From an uncultured Nitrospiraceae bacterium (lineage in GTDB: Bacteria > Nitrospirota > Nitrospiria > Nitrospirales > Nitrospiraceae): a stretch of DNA of 64,000 nt. Location: the NCBI GenBank assembly GCA_963730935.1, contig CAVSTP010000004.1, positions 1,248,001 to 1,312,000 of the forward strand. Reading direction: 5' to 3'. Positions 49,752 through 60,119 of this stretch are shown here, piece after piece. A model generated the notes under the pieces. The model made no database searches. It was given only the letters and a program-made list of their open reading frames with translations, and was not told the origin of the DNA. Numbering within the stretch: the stretch's first letter is position 1; every line of letters begins with the position of its first letter. A program made the translations under genes and the position numbers.

Positions 49752-50768
49752 CTACACATGCACGACCCTCAGCGGGAACGATCGCGATGTCACCTCTCTC
49801 ACGTGCTGAACGACGGTATCGACAGTGATCCGGTCCAGGCAATCCCAATAAGGACAGGCTTCATAGATACACTTTTCACAAGTCGGCACTTCTGGACGCA
49901 AGACGACACCTGTTCCTAACGGTTGCCATCGCGCCGGAAGGTTGTTGCGACGAGGATCAAAGAGGCTGATATTCGGCACACCACACGCTGCGGCGATGTG
50001 TGCGGGTCCTGTGGCGCCGGACACCACCGCATTGCTTTCCGCAATGATCGCCATTGTTTCCCGCAATGTAGCGCCCATGAGGCTGACGATTCCCTCCGGA
50101 AGCGGAGACTTGACTGACAGAGAATGAAAGAAATGCACTTCCTCCGGAGCGCTACCGGTGAACACGATACCGTACCCGCAGCCTCGTAGGGCTTCGGCGA
50201 GCTTCCAATACTGCTCGGTTCGCCATCGCCTGGCTGCGAAGCCGCCAGGATGGAGCACCACGCGCGGCGCAGGCACCGCCCGCAAGTGCTTGCCAGCAAT
50301 CCGCCGTTCCTCTTCGGTGATCACCAGCTTGGGAGGGACGGGCGCAGGTGGATCCAGCCCCAGGCCTTTCAACATCCCGACGTTGTAGGCAGTCTCGTGC
50401 TTTGAAAAATCGCTTCGGTGCTCGTAGATCCGGCGATTCGCCAGAACACTGTACCATCGATAGCCGGTAGCGACCCGGATAGGGACTCGGGCCAGCCATG
50501 CAGCCAACATCAGGCGGCGAAACGGCTTGAGAAAAATGGCCGCATCCACTCCTCGCTGAAAAAGTCCAACCAAGTCTCGTAGCGACTCACGTCCCGACAG
50601 GGTCCAAATTTCATCTACGTCCTGATGATGTTCGAGTACGGGGGCCGCGTACTGGCTGGACAAGAATGTCACTCGAGCCTGCGGCTTCACTTGACGCAAC
50701 GCCGTCGCGACAGGCAGGCACAAAATCTCATCGCCGATGCCATCGGGCCTGACTAAGAGGACATTCAT
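49752..50768 (-). CDS. GT9 glycosyltransferase
   Basis: RPDGIGD, LHPG, TGPAHIAAA. Confidence 0.85.
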   Translation of the reverse strand: MNVLLVRPDGIGDEILCLPVATALRQVKPQARVTFLSSQYAAPVLEHHQDVDEIWTLSGRESLRDLVGLFQRGVDAAIFLKPFRRLMLAAWLARVPIRVATGYRWYSVLANRRIYEHRSDFSKHETAYNVGMLKGLGLDPPAPVPPKLVITEEERRIAGKHLRAVPAPRVVLHPGGFAARRWRTEQYWKLAEALRGCGYGIVFTGSAPEEVHFFHSLSVKSPLPEGIVSLMGATLRETMAIIAESNAVVSGATGPAHIAAACGVPNISLFDPRRNNLPARWQPLGTGVVLRPEVPTCEKCIYEACPYWDCLDRITVDTVVQHVREVTSRSFPLRVVHV

Positions 50769-50811
50769 GGCCTACCAAAAGGGACCGACAATGCGCTTCC
50801 TGACCAGTTGG

Positions 50812-52524
50812 TTAGCGTTCGATCGTCGAGACTGACTTGGGCCGTGCTGCTTGTGCAGCGGCATCCGCGAGAATCCGATCGGCTGCCTCTGCCATCGACG
50901 GGGCGACCATGTCGGGAATGGCCCCGGCAGCCCGTAACATCGTCAACGCCTGTTGATCTACCTGACCGCTCGTGACCAGAATCGACTTCACCCCCGCCGC
51001 CTTGGCCAGTTGGATATCACGGACATGATCACCAACCACATAGGCTTTCCGTAGATCCACCTGCAATTCTGACACGGCACGATCCACCATGCCGGTCGCC
51101 GGTTTGCGGCAACGACAGCCGTCGTCGGGATGGTGTGGGCAAAAATAGATCGCATCCAGCGCAGCATCACTCTGTTCCAACAGGCCCTCCAACCGGGCGT
51201 GGATGGCTTCCAGATCCTTGAGGGTGAGGAAGCCTCTGCCGACGCCGGATTGGTTCGTGACCACCACCAACCGGGCGCCGGCAGACTTGAGGCGCGCCAG
51301 GGCCGTGGTGACCCCGGGTAGCAATTTCAACTCGGAGGCGGACCTCAGGTATCCGGGATCTTCGTTGAGGGTCCCGTCACGGTCCAAGAAAATCGTGTAC
51401 CCGTCAAGCACGCGCGTGCGATCCACCGTCGCTCTCTGCGCCGTGTCATGTCTGTGGTCACAGGAGAGCGCCGAGCGACGAGACAGAATTGACAGCCCTG
51501 CCTGATATACCTGATCTACGGTCACGCCCGTCATGCAGCGGTGGTCGATCGGACATTCCCTTAGCATGCAGGGCGCACAGTCGACAGGATGCCGGAGGAG
51601 CGCATGCTCGGCACCGGACGGTGACGTCGTTCGCCAGTCCGTCGGGCCGAAAATCCCCACAACCGGTACCCCTAGGGCCGAGGCAATGTGCATCGGCCCC
51701 GTGTCATTGGTGATGAGTACGGCACAACGTTTAATCACCGCCATCAACTCGCGGATCGTGGTCGCGCCAGAGAGCACCGCAGAAGGCGCGGTCAGATGCG
51801 AGGCGATCTCCCGTCCCAACGGCTCCTCCCCTTTGGCGCCGATCACCACCACCGCCGGTCTCCGCCCCGCGTCACTGAGCGTGTGGCACACCCGTTCGGT
51901 TGAGTCGGCGAAGCGGTCGGGCAGCCATCGCTTGGCCCCACCGTAGGTCGAGCCCGGATTGATACCGATCACGACATCGGCTGTCGTAATGCCCGTGCGA
52001 TTCAGCCGTTCCGCCATCGACTGCTCCTCGTCGGGCGAGACGAACAATTCTGGCTGGCCTGGACGTCCCGTGAGTCCCAGCGGCTTGAGCATGTCCCAGT
52101 AATACTCGATCTGATGGATTGGTGTACGACGATCGTGCGTCGCCACCGGTTCCGACAATAGAAGACTCCTGCCGTCCGTGGCATATCCATACCGACGTCG
52201 GATGCCCGCGAGCGCGGTCAGCAACGCGGCTTCGAACGCATTCTGGAACAGCACCGCCAAATCGAAGTCCTGTTGCCGCAGCTCGCCAGCCAATCGCCAT
52301 TTCCCCGCCAGTCCTGCATGGCGACCCTTTTCGTCATAGAGGAAGATCCGGTCGACGGCCGGGTGTGATTCAAACAATCCCGCGACCGAGGGCTTCACCA
52401 ACAACGTGATCGAGGCCTGCGGAAACAGTCGCCGCAAACCTCGCAGCGCCGGCTCGCACATCACCGCGTCACCGAGCCAGTTCGGTCCACGTACCAGAAT
52501 CTGCTGCACTCGTCCCTTAGCCAC
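50812..52524 (-). CDS. waaF: Heptosyltransferase II fused to GmhB-type heptose-1,7-bisphosphate phosphatase
   Basis: PNWLGDAVM, NPGSTYGGAKRW, NDTGPMH; C-terminal FLDRDGTLN, TNQSG, CPHHP, CRCRKP. Confidence 0.9.
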   Translation of the reverse strand: MAKGRVQQILVRGPNWLGDAVMCEPALRGLRRLFPQASITLLVKPSVAGLFESHPAVDRIFLYDEKGRHAGLAGKWRLAGELRQQDFDLAVLFQNAFEAALLTALAGIRRRYGYATDGRSLLLSEPVATHDRRTPIHQIEYYWDMLKPLGLTGRPGQPELFVSPDEEQSMAERLNRTGITTADVVIGINPGSTYGGAKRWLPDRFADSTERVCHTLSDAGRRPAVVVIGAKGEEPLGREIASHLTAPSAVLSGATTIRELMAVIKRCAVLITNDTGPMHIASALGVPVVGIFGPTDWRTTSPSGAEHALLRHPVDCAPCMLRECPIDHRCMTGVTVDQVYQAGLSILSRRSALSCDHRHDTAQRATVDRTRVLDGYTIFLDRDGTLNEDPGYLRSASELKLLPGVTTALARLKSAGARLVVVTNQSGVGRGFLTLKDLEAIHARLEGLLEQSDAALDAIYFCPHHPDDGCRCRKPATGMVDRAVSELQVDLRKAYVVGDHVRDIQLAKAAGVKSILVTSGQVDQQALTMLRAAGAIPDMVAPSMAEAADRILADAAAQAARPKSVSTIER

Positions 52525-52527
52525 GAC

Positions 52528-53598
52528 TCACCTACCTGTTGCTGGTCGCGCGTCCAGGATCATCTTGCGCATCGCGGATTCCCCCGCCCGCCACTCCACG
52601 CGAAGTCTCGCGGCCCACCAGGTGCCGTCGTCGGGCGCCAGATATGGTCGTATCTTCGCCGCGTCTTTTTCCGTGGTCAGCACGACTTCCGCCTTGCGCT
52701 CGATAGCGCGTTCCCGCAGCGTTCCGACGTCGTCCATACTGTAGGCGTAATGGTCCGGATACGCCACCTCATCGATCACGCTGACACCCAATTCCTCGGC
52801 CGTGCTCCGAAACGATGCGGCATGTCCCACGCCGCTCACCAGGAGCGCTCTCTTTCCCTTGCACCACTCGCTGGACCGATGACCGCCTGTCGCCACCGAA
52901 ACCAACTGCGCCGCGCGGAACACCACCTGCGCCGTCATCGGCAACGGATCAACGGTGGACCGCAACTGTCTTAGGATATCATCGACATGATTCTGATTTT
53001 CGGCCCTCGTGACGATCACTCCCGTCGCACGTTCCGCGGCAGTGATCGGCTCCCGCAATCGCCCGGCCGGCAACAGCCGCTTCAACCCTTGGGCATCCGT
53101 GGCATCGACCAGTAAGAGATTCACGTCCCGATGGACACCGAGGTGCTGGAAGCCATCATCCAGGACGATGCAGTCGACGCCACATGTCTCGAGGACATGC
53201 CGACCGAGCCGGTATCGATCCACCCCGACCGCCACGACGGCCCGAGGGCAACGCTGCGCGATCAGGAAGGGCTCGTCCCCGGCTTCCTCCGCTGTTGCGA
53301 CAATCCTCGCGCCGTCCGACACAAGCAGCAGTGGCTCGCGGCTGGTTCGCCGATAACCGCGGCTGAGTACGGCCACCCGTCTCCCTGCCTCCAACAACCA
53401 CTCGGTGATCTGAATCACCAACGGCGTCTTTCCCGTTCCTCCGACGGTGAGATTGCCGATGCTGATCACGGGGACCGGAAGATGTCTTCGCGCAAACCAC
53501 CCGCGCTCATACCCATAGGCGCGTAGCCGTGTTGCCATTTCATAGGGCGCTGCCGCCCAGGAAAGCCACCACATCGGTCTCTGTCCGGGAGTGAGCAC
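52528..53598 (-). CDS. lpxK: Tetraacyldisaccharide 4'-kinase
   Basis: IGNLTVGGTGKTP, LSRGY, GDEP, LDDGFQH, GRLRE, TTEKD. Confidence 0.93.
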   Translation of the reverse strand: MLTPGQRPMWWLSWAAAPYEMATRLRAYGYERGWFARRHLPVPVISIGNLTVGGTGKTPLVIQITEWLLEAGRRVAVLSRGYRRTSREPLLLVSDGARIVATAEEAGDEPFLIAQRCPRAVVAVGVDRYRLGRHVLETCGVDCIVLDDGFQHLGVHRDVNLLLVDATDAQGLKRLLPAGRLREPITAAERATGVIVTRAENQNHVDDILRQLRSTVDPLPMTAQVVFRAAQLVSVATGGHRSSEWCKGKRALLVSGVGHAASFRSTAEELGVSVIDEVAYPDHYAYSMDDVGTLRERAIERKAEVVLTTEKDAAKIRPYLAPDDGTWWAARLRVEWRAGESAMRKMILDARPATGR

Positions 53599-53605
53599 CG
53601 TGTCG

Positions 53606-54949
53606 TTATCGTCCCGCCATGAGCGGAAATGAACCGGGCGAACATGACGCAGAGCGGTTGGCGTCCACGGAGGCCAATTGACGATCGATGGCGTCGATCG
53701 TCGCCTGAAGCGCTCCCTGGTTCTGCTGCACCATCGACTGAGCCGCTTGCCCCATACGGACACATTCTTCATGATGGTCAAACAGCCGTGCGAGTTGCAC
53801 AGTCAGTTCCTCGGCTGTGCTCACCCGACGTCCGCCGTCTGCCTGCACCAGGAGATTGGCGATCTCCACACAATGATCGGTATAGGGGCCGAAGATGACC
53901 GGTTTGGCCCAAAAGGCCGGCTCCAATAGATTGTGACCGCCGATGGGAACGAGGGTGCCCCCGACGAAAGCGACGGTCGCTTCTCGATACACCGATGCCA
54001 GCTCTCCGCGCGAATCGAGAATGACGACCTGTGGCCTGGACCCTCCAGTCCCATCCGGTTGAGGGATTCGGCTTCGCCGACGTACCGTCAAGCCGCGGCC
54101 GCGCACCATCGCTTCCACCGCATCCGCTCGCTCGATGTGACGTGGAGCAACCAGCAACTGCGCAGACGGGTGCCGCGCCAGCAGTGAGTGATACGCATCC
54201 ACCAGCATCTCTTCTTCGATCGCATGCGTGCTACCGGCGACCAGCAGCGGAGCCTCCGGCGCCAGCCCCAACTCCATCCTCGACACCTTCCGCTCGGAAG
54301 CAGCCGGCAGGGGTTGATCAAATTTGATGTTGCCTGTGCGATGCACCGACCGCGGATCCGCTCCGAGTGCAATGATCCGTTCCGCGTCGCGATCGGACTG
54401 CATCAGGCACAAGCGCAGCGAGCGCAGCATGATCTCATACAGCCACCGGACCGGCGCCCGTCGTTGACGGGCATAGGACTTCGTCGACAGTCGTCCATTG
54501 ACCATAACGGCCGGAACGCCCCGACGGGACAATTGCCCAAGAAGATTGGGCCACAGCTCGGTTTCGATGAATACGTACAGCGCCGGCCGCAGCCGGTCGA
54601 TGGTGCGCGAGACCGCCCAGGGAAAATCTAGCGGTGCATACAGATGTTCCGCAAGGCCCGCCAATCGTTGCTCGACGGCGTCACGTCCGGTCTCGGTGGC
54701 CGTGGAGACCGCAAAGCGATGGTCCGGATGCCGCCGGTGGAGTTCACGGACCAATGGCGTAATCGCCACCACTTCCCCTAGCGAGACGGCATGCATCCAA
54801 ATGAGCGGTCTATGATCCGGCGAGATGCGGGGCGCGGTGAATCCGAACCGTTGCGGTAATCCTCGCCGGCAACGCGGTTTGGCCAAGAGCAAGACAAGGA
54901 TCACCGGCGACGCGATCAGCAACAGCCCATTGTAGAAGACGTTCCACAT
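53606..54949 (-). CDS. waaA: Kdo transferase
   Basis: WMHAVSLGE, ETELWPN, GNIKFD, GSTH, PRH, GGHNLLEP. Confidence 0.95.
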   Translation of the reverse strand: MWNVFYNGLLLIASPVILVLLLAKPRCRRGLPQRFGFTAPRISPDHRPLIWMHAVSLGEVVAITPLVRELHRRHPDHRFAVSTATETGRDAVEQRLAGLAEHLYAPLDFPWAVSRTIDRLRPALYVFIETELWPNLLGQLSRRGVPAVMVNGRLSTKSYARQRRAPVRWLYEIMLRSLRLCLMQSDRDAERIIALGADPRSVHRTGNIKFDQPLPAASERKVSRMELGLAPEAPLLVAGSTHAIEEEMLVDAYHSLLARHPSAQLLVAPRHIERADAVEAMVRGRGLTVRRRSRIPQPDGTGGSRPQVVILDSRGELASVYREATVAFVGGTLVPIGGHNLLEPAFWAKPVIFGPYTDHCVEIANLLVQADGGRRVSTAEELTVQLARLFDHHEECVRMGQAAQSMVQQNQGALQATIDAIDRQLASVDANRSASCSPGSFPLMAGR

Positions 54950-54984
54950 CGACGTGACGATCGAACGGAAGAATAATCGACTGA

Positions 54985-55403
54985 TCAACCGAGCGACGGA
55001 GTGTGGGACACGGCCTCGTCAGCCTGGGCAGTCAGGCTATTCAAGAGCGCTTCCAGCTCCAGGCGTGGCTTCCAAGTCCGCCGCATCGCCGTCCGGCGAG
55101 ACCCACAAGGGCGGTCCCCACAGGAAAAGACCCCGCGACCAGGGGTATGGCACCATGAAACGGTCCCAACTCGCAAAGAGTTTTTTTGAGCAGCTGAATG
55201 CCAGCGGGATGATTGGTAGCCTGGAAGCTCGCGCGAGCCGAATCATGTCCATTTTGGCGACCTGCCGCGGTCCGTTTGGCCCATCCGGTGTCACGACCAG
55301 ACCCACTCCGGAGCGGCCCAGCCGGATCACCGCCGGCGCCGGCCGGCGGGATCACGGCGAGTTTCATCCAGCGTTCCAGCGGTTTTAAGAGCTGGTTAGT
55401 CAT
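54985..55403 (-). pseudogene. DUF374 (LpxJ-like lipid A acyltransferase family) pseudogene
   Basis: Three frames in series: MTNQ...VIPPAG / VVTPDGPNGPRQVAK...SWDRFMVPYPWSR / RLELEALLNSLTAQADEAV; only ~140 codons, middle missing. Confidence 0.8.
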
Positions 55404-57141
55404 CCGGCATATCCTGGAACTGGAGGGCGTGGAGTCGCTTGTATTGACCGCCCTTCAGCAAGAGCTCGTCATGGGTTCCCGTTTCGACAATCGTGCCGCG
55501 ATCTAATACGACGATCCGGTCGGCCCGTTGAACCGTGGACAAGCGATGTGCAATCACCAGCGTCGTCCGGTGGGCCATGAGATTGCTCAACGCCAGCTGC
55601 ACGACGCGTTCGGACTCGGTATCAAGCGCCGAGGTCGCTTCATCCAGAATGAGCAAGGGCGGATCACGCAGAATCGCCCTTGCGATCGCCAGCCGTTGCC
55701 GCTCTCCGCCCGACAACTTGATGCCCTTTTCGCCGACCATGCTGGTATAGCCCTGAGGCAGTCGCTCGATGAACTCGTGCGCATAGGCCAGTTTGGCCGC
55801 TTGCACGACGTCCGCCTCCGTCGCATGCTGCCGTCCGAAGGCGATGTTGTTGAACACGGAGTCGTCGAACAGGACCACCTCCTGAGACACGATGCCGATT
55901 TGAGCCCGCAACGAGGCCAGCGTGACGGATTGAATATCGACTCCGTCGATCAGCACGGATCCCGCCGTCGGCGTATAGAATCGCGGGAGCAGATTCGCCA
56001 GCGTCGTCTTTCCGCTTCCGCTGCTTCCAACGACCGCCACCATTTGGCCGGCTTGAATCACGAGATCGACGTCGGACAAGGCAGGGACCGTCTGACCTTC
56101 GTACAGAAACGTCACGTCCTGATAGACGACTGACCGCGCAATCGGCGGCATCACCACCTGCCCGCGATCAGTGTCCTGCTCGGTTTCGAGATCGATCACG
56201 CCGAAGACCCGCTCGGCCGCCGCCAACGCCTGTTGAATGGTATTGTTCGAACCGGAGAGCCGGCGGAGCGGCGTAAACACCATAAACATCGCCGCGAGGA
56301 ACGAAAAAAACGCTCCCGGCGTCATGTCTCCGTTGATCACGAGGGAGCCGCCGTACCAGATGATCACCGCCACACCGACCACCCCGATCACCTCGATGTG
56401 GGAGGAACCAAGCGAGGACACCTGGATCGCCTTCATCGTGGTGCTGAGGAAGGCCTTGTTGCTCTCCTTGAAGCGCTCGGCTTCGGCCTCTTCGCGACCG
56501 TACGCCTTCACCATGCGGATGCCGGAGAGGGTCTCCTGTAACGTCGAGGCCATGTCTCCCATCTGCTCCTGACCGCTTTTCCCGAGGGCGCGCAGACGTT
56601 TGCCCATCCGCATCATGGTCACGACGGCAAGCGGAATCACGATGATCGACATGCCGCCCAGCTTCCAGTTCTGATAGAAAATTACGCCCAACATCGCCAG
56701 GAACGTCAGACCCTGTTGAAAGATGTCCTTCAGGACACCGGCAATCGCGTTGGCCATTAAGGTGACATCGTTGATCACGCGGGATACCAATCGGCCGGAC
56801 GTATTGGCATCATGATACTGCACCGGCAACCGCACCATTTTCCCGAACAGTTCCTGCCGGATGTCGGTGATCACCTGGTTGCCCACATAATTCATCAGGT
56901 AGTTTTGACCGTAGCTGAACGCACTCTTCAGCACGGACACCGCAAAGAGGGCCAGCGGGAGGACGAGCAGCAACGTTTCATTTTTGTTGATAAAAATTTC
57001 ATCGAGGACCGGCTTCACCAGCCAGGCGTAGGCTCCGGACAGCGCGGCAACCAGCGCCGAACACACGAAGGCCAGACCCAATCGAACCCGGTAGGGTTTG
57101 AGATATCGAACCAGTCGTATGAACCGGTCTAGGCTCGACAT
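55396..57141 (-). CDS. msbA: Lipid A export ABC transporter
   Basis: TM domain + GSSGSGKT, LSGGERQR, LDEATSALD; lipid A operon context. Confidence 0.92.
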   Translation of the reverse strand: MSSLDRFIRLVRYLKPYRVRLGLAFVCSALVAALSGAYAWLVKPVLDEIFINKNETLLLVLPLALFAVSVLKSAFSYGQNYLMNYVGNQVITDIRQELFGKMVRLPVQYHDANTSGRLVSRVINDVTLMANAIAGVLKDIFQQGLTFLAMLGVIFYQNWKLGGMSIIVIPLAVVTMMRMGKRLRALGKSGQEQMGDMASTLQETLSGIRMVKAYGREEAEAERFKESNKAFLSTTMKAIQVSSLGSSHIEVIGVVGVAVIIWYGGSLVINGDMTPGAFFSFLAAMFMVFTPLRRLSGSNNTIQQALAAAERVFGVIDLETEQDTDRGQVVMPPIARSVVYQDVTFLYEGQTVPALSDVDLVIQAGQMVAVVGSSGSGKTTLANLLPRFYTPTAGSVLIDGVDIQSVTLASLRAQIGIVSQEVVLFDDSVFNNIAFGRQHATEADVVQAAKLAYAHEFIERLPQGYTSMVGEKGIKLSGGERQRLAIARAILRDPPLLILDEATSALDTESERVVQLALSNLMAHRTTLVIAHRLSTVQRADRIVVLDRGTIVETGTHDELLLKGGQYKRLHALQFQDMPDD

Positions 57142-58259
57142 GCTTCGAGCATCACCTCAGCGGCACGATGTGAGGCGCCCGGTTCACCGAGCGCTTCCCG
57201 AACCTGGCGCAATCCGTCTTTCATGTCCTGATAGGCCTTCCGATCGGTCAAGAGACGCCGCACTTCCTGCCACAGCCGTTCGGCGGTCGCCTCGTCCTGA
57301 ATCAACTCGGGGACAATGGCCCGGCCCGCCACAAGGTTCACCAGCCCGATCCACTTCACTCGAACCAACCAACGCGCGACCCAGTATGTGGGCAGCGTCG
57401 TTTTGTAGACGAGGATCATCGGCGTACCGACGACCGCCGCCTGGAGCGTAGCAGTTCCTGATGCGACCAGGAGCACATCCGAGGCCGCCATGACTTCACT
57501 CGCCTGATCCTTCGCCACGGTGACCGGCACCGGGCTGTGCCGCAGCAGAGTGTGGAGCAGATTGTCGTCAATCGATGAGGCCTGGGCCAGGACAAATTGC
57601 GTTTTCGGATCGCTCGCCACCAGGCGCCGCGCCGTCTCCAGAAGCATCGGCAGCAGCATGGTGACCTCCGCCACACGACTGCCCGGCAGCAACCCTACCA
57701 CCGGCGCCGAGGCGTCGAGATTATACCTCGCCCGCAGCGCCGTCCGGTCATACTGCGACGCCACCGAATCCAGCAACGGATGGCCGACGAACGTACACCG
57801 GACGCCCGCCCGCCGGTAGAGCTCCGCCTCAAAGGGCAGAATGACGACGATATGATCTACGTTTCGCTGAATCCATTTCATCCGGCCCGGGCGCCAGGCC
57901 CACACTTGAGGTGCGATGTAATACAGCACGCGGAGCCCGGCGGCCCTGGCGACGCGGGCGAAATGAAAATTGAGCCCGGGATTGTCGATCAACACGACGA
58001 GATCCCACGGTTCAGCCTTCAAGACCCGCCGAATCGCGAACACACGCTGGACGAGGGATCGGACAGCGGACAGCCCGATGAGTCCCACCACGTCGAGTTG
58101 CGGAATCCCGGGGATCATGGTCACCCCGGCTGCTCTCATCCCGGCGCCGCCGATACCAACCAGCTGAACGCTCGGGTCGAGGGCAGCAATTGCTTTGGCC
58201 AGATGAGCTCCGTGGAGATCTCCCGACGCTTCACCGGCGATCATTAGGATTCGCGGCAT
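57129..58259 (-). CDS. lpxB: Lipid-A-disaccharide synthase
   Basis: AGEASGD, PQVWAWR, FVGHPL, LPGSR, SGTATL. Confidence 0.96.
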   Translation of the reverse strand: MPRILMIAGEASGDLHGAHLAKAIAALDPSVQLVGIGGAGMRAAGVTMIPGIPQLDVVGLIGLSAVRSLVQRVFAIRRVLKAEPWDLVVLIDNPGLNFHFARVARAAGLRVLYYIAPQVWAWRPGRMKWIQRNVDHIVVILPFEAELYRRAGVRCTFVGHPLLDSVASQYDRTALRARYNLDASAPVVGLLPGSRVAEVTMLLPMLLETARRLVASDPKTQFVLAQASSIDDNLLHTLLRHSPVPVTVAKDQASEVMAASDVLLVASGTATLQAAVVGTPMILVYKTTLPTYWVARWLVRVKWIGLVNLVAGRAIVPELIQDEATAERLWQEVRRLLTDRKAYQDMKDGLRQVREALGEPGASHRAAEVMLEACRA

Positions 58260-58271
58260 GGACGACCACGC

Positions 58272-59252
58272 TCAGGGTGACGTTGAGGCGGACTGAGAAG
58301 GTGCTCCTTGATTCCGTCTGACAAACTGCTCGATGGCCTCCAATACCCGATGCGCGAGGTGCAATGCTGCGGCACCGTCCTCACCGGAGACGACCGGCCT
58401 GTGTCCTGCGGCAACGGCGGTGAGAAACGACTCGAGCTGAAGCTTCAACGGCTCCTCTTCGCTGCCTCGCAGCTGCTCCATGACGATCGACGGCCGCACA
58501 CCGGTGCCGGCCTCGCGACGGCAGATCATGCCTTGCCTGGCATGGAAGTCGATCGACAGATAGTTGTCCCGCTGAAACAACCGGAGGCGCCGCATCTTGT
58601 TCGTGGAGACACGGCTTGCCGTGAGATTGGCCACGCATCCGCTCGTGAATTGGATTCGTGCATTGGCGATATCGACGGTCGATGACAGGACCGGCACGCC
58701 GGCGGCCTGGACGTCCTCAACTTCGCCTGGATTGAAGGACAGCACCATATCGAGATCATGGATCATGAGATCGAGAATCACGTCTACGTCGGTGCCCCGC
58801 TCGCTGAAGCTGCTCAGACGGTGACATTCGATAAAAACCGGGCGACCGATGTGCGGACGCATGACCTGCATGATCGGATTGAAGCGCTCACTGTGTCCGA
58901 CTTGAAGCCGGCATCGGCGCTGCGCCGCAAGCTGGACCAACTCGCTCGCCTCGCCGGAAGTCACAGCAATGGGCTTTTCGACGAGAACGTGTTTGCCGGC
59001 CTGCAAACAGGCTTTTGCGACCTGGTAATGTGAGGACGTCGGCACCGCGACGCTGACGACGTCGACCTGCGGCAACAGCTCTTCCAGTGAACGAAAGACT
59101 TTGACCCCATGCCGCTCGGCAATCATCCGTGCGCGTTCCGCCGATTGGTCGACGACGCCGACCAGGCTGGAACCGGGAAGCGATGCGTAGAGCCGGGTGT
59201 GATGCTGTCCAAGATGGCCGACCCCGATCACACCCGCCCGCAAGGGTGTCAC
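58272..59252 (-). CDS. Gfo/Idh/MocA oxidoreductase, GnnA-like UDP-GlcNAc 3-dehydrogenase
   Basis: GVGHLGQHH, VEKP, GHSERFNP, DLMIHD, TASRVS; sits between lpxI and lpxB. Confidence 0.8.
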   Translation of the reverse strand: MTPLRAGVIGVGHLGQHHTRLYASLPGSSLVGVVDQSAERARMIAERHGVKVFRSLEELLPQVDVVSVAVPTSSHYQVAKACLQAGKHVLVEKPIAVTSGEASELVQLAAQRRCRLQVGHSERFNPIMQVMRPHIGRPVFIECHRLSSFSERGTDVDVILDLMIHDLDMVLSFNPGEVEDVQAAGVPVLSSTVDIANARIQFTSGCVANLTASRVSTNKMRRLRLFQRDNYLSIDFHARQGMICRREAGTGVRPSIVMEQLRGSEEEPLKLQLESFLTAVAAGHRPVVSGEDGAAALHLAHRVLEAIEQFVRRNQGAPSQSASTSP

Positions 59253-59255
59253 GGG

Positions 59256-60113
59256 CTATGATCCTCCGTTCTGAGGAGGTGGTTTCACGATGCCGACCAC
59301 GGCGATACGGGCCGACTTCGCGTGTTTCAATGTCAGGTCGCGGTCAAGGATGATCGTACGGCCCGCCTCGACGGCCAGAACCGACGCGTTCACGGACGCC
59401 ATGACCTCGATGGTCCGAGGGCCGACGGCCGGCAGATCGAATCGCAAATCTTGTTGAGGCTTACACCGTTTCACCACGACAGCGCCGTCTTTCGCCAGCT
59501 GGCCGCCCCGCTTGATCGCTTCGTCCGTGCCTTCGACCGCTTCCACTGCCACGACCACGCGGTCCTTGACGACGACGCATTGTCCGATGTCGAGCCGTCC
59601 GATATCGTGAGCCACTTCCCAGCCGTACCGGATGTCTTCCCATTCCTTCTCGCTGGGCACACGAGCCGTCAATGGACCTTCGTCGGCCAGGATTCCCTCG
59701 AGGCCGAAGGTCGATTCGCAGATCGCGATGCCTTCCTTTTCCAGTTCCTTGGCGATCTCACGGAGGATGTCGTCATCCTTCCAGAGCGCGAGCCTTGCGG
59801 CCAGCGCCAACGTGCGGAAATCCGGACGAACGGTGGTGAAGACGTGCGTCTTTTTGATTCCGCCCAGCATAACCGCCTGATGCACCTGGTCGTCCTTGAA
59901 CGCCTTGATCAGCTTATTGAGCTGGCCGATCTTGATCCAATGGATGCGGTCCACATGATTTGCCAACTCCGGATCGGTTTCCCCCTCATGGGCGACGGCA
60001 GACACGTGATAGCCGAGCATTCGGGCATTATCCGCGAAGATGATCGGAAACCGGCCGTTGCCGGCAATCAGTCCCAGCCGTTCGCCGCTTTCCACATGAG
60101 GCGCTTGCGTCAT
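59256..60113 (-). CDS. lpxI: UDP-2,3-diacylglucosamine diphosphatase
   Basis: GLIAGNGRFP, DIGQCVV, EAVEGTD, QDLRFDLP. Confidence 0.92.
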   Translation of the reverse strand: MTQAPHVESGERLGLIAGNGRFPIIFADNARMLGYHVSAVAHEGETDPELANHVDRIHWIKIGQLNKLIKAFKDDQVHQAVMLGGIKKTHVFTTVRPDFRTLALAARLALWKDDDILREIAKELEKEGIAICESTFGLEGILADEGPLTARVPSEKEWEDIRYGWEVAHDIGRLDIGQCVVVKDRVVVAVEAVEGTDEAIKRGGQLAKDGAVVVKRCKPQQDLRFDLPAVGPRTIEVMASVNASVLAVEAGRTIILDRDLTLKHAKSARIAVVGIVKPPPQNGGS

Positions 60114-60119
60114 GAACGC

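Noticed and set aside
49535..49759. 74-aa ORF in the gap between GT9 and GT2 genes
   Set aside because: No recognisable motif and overlaps both neighbours; cannot be supported as a gene or remnant
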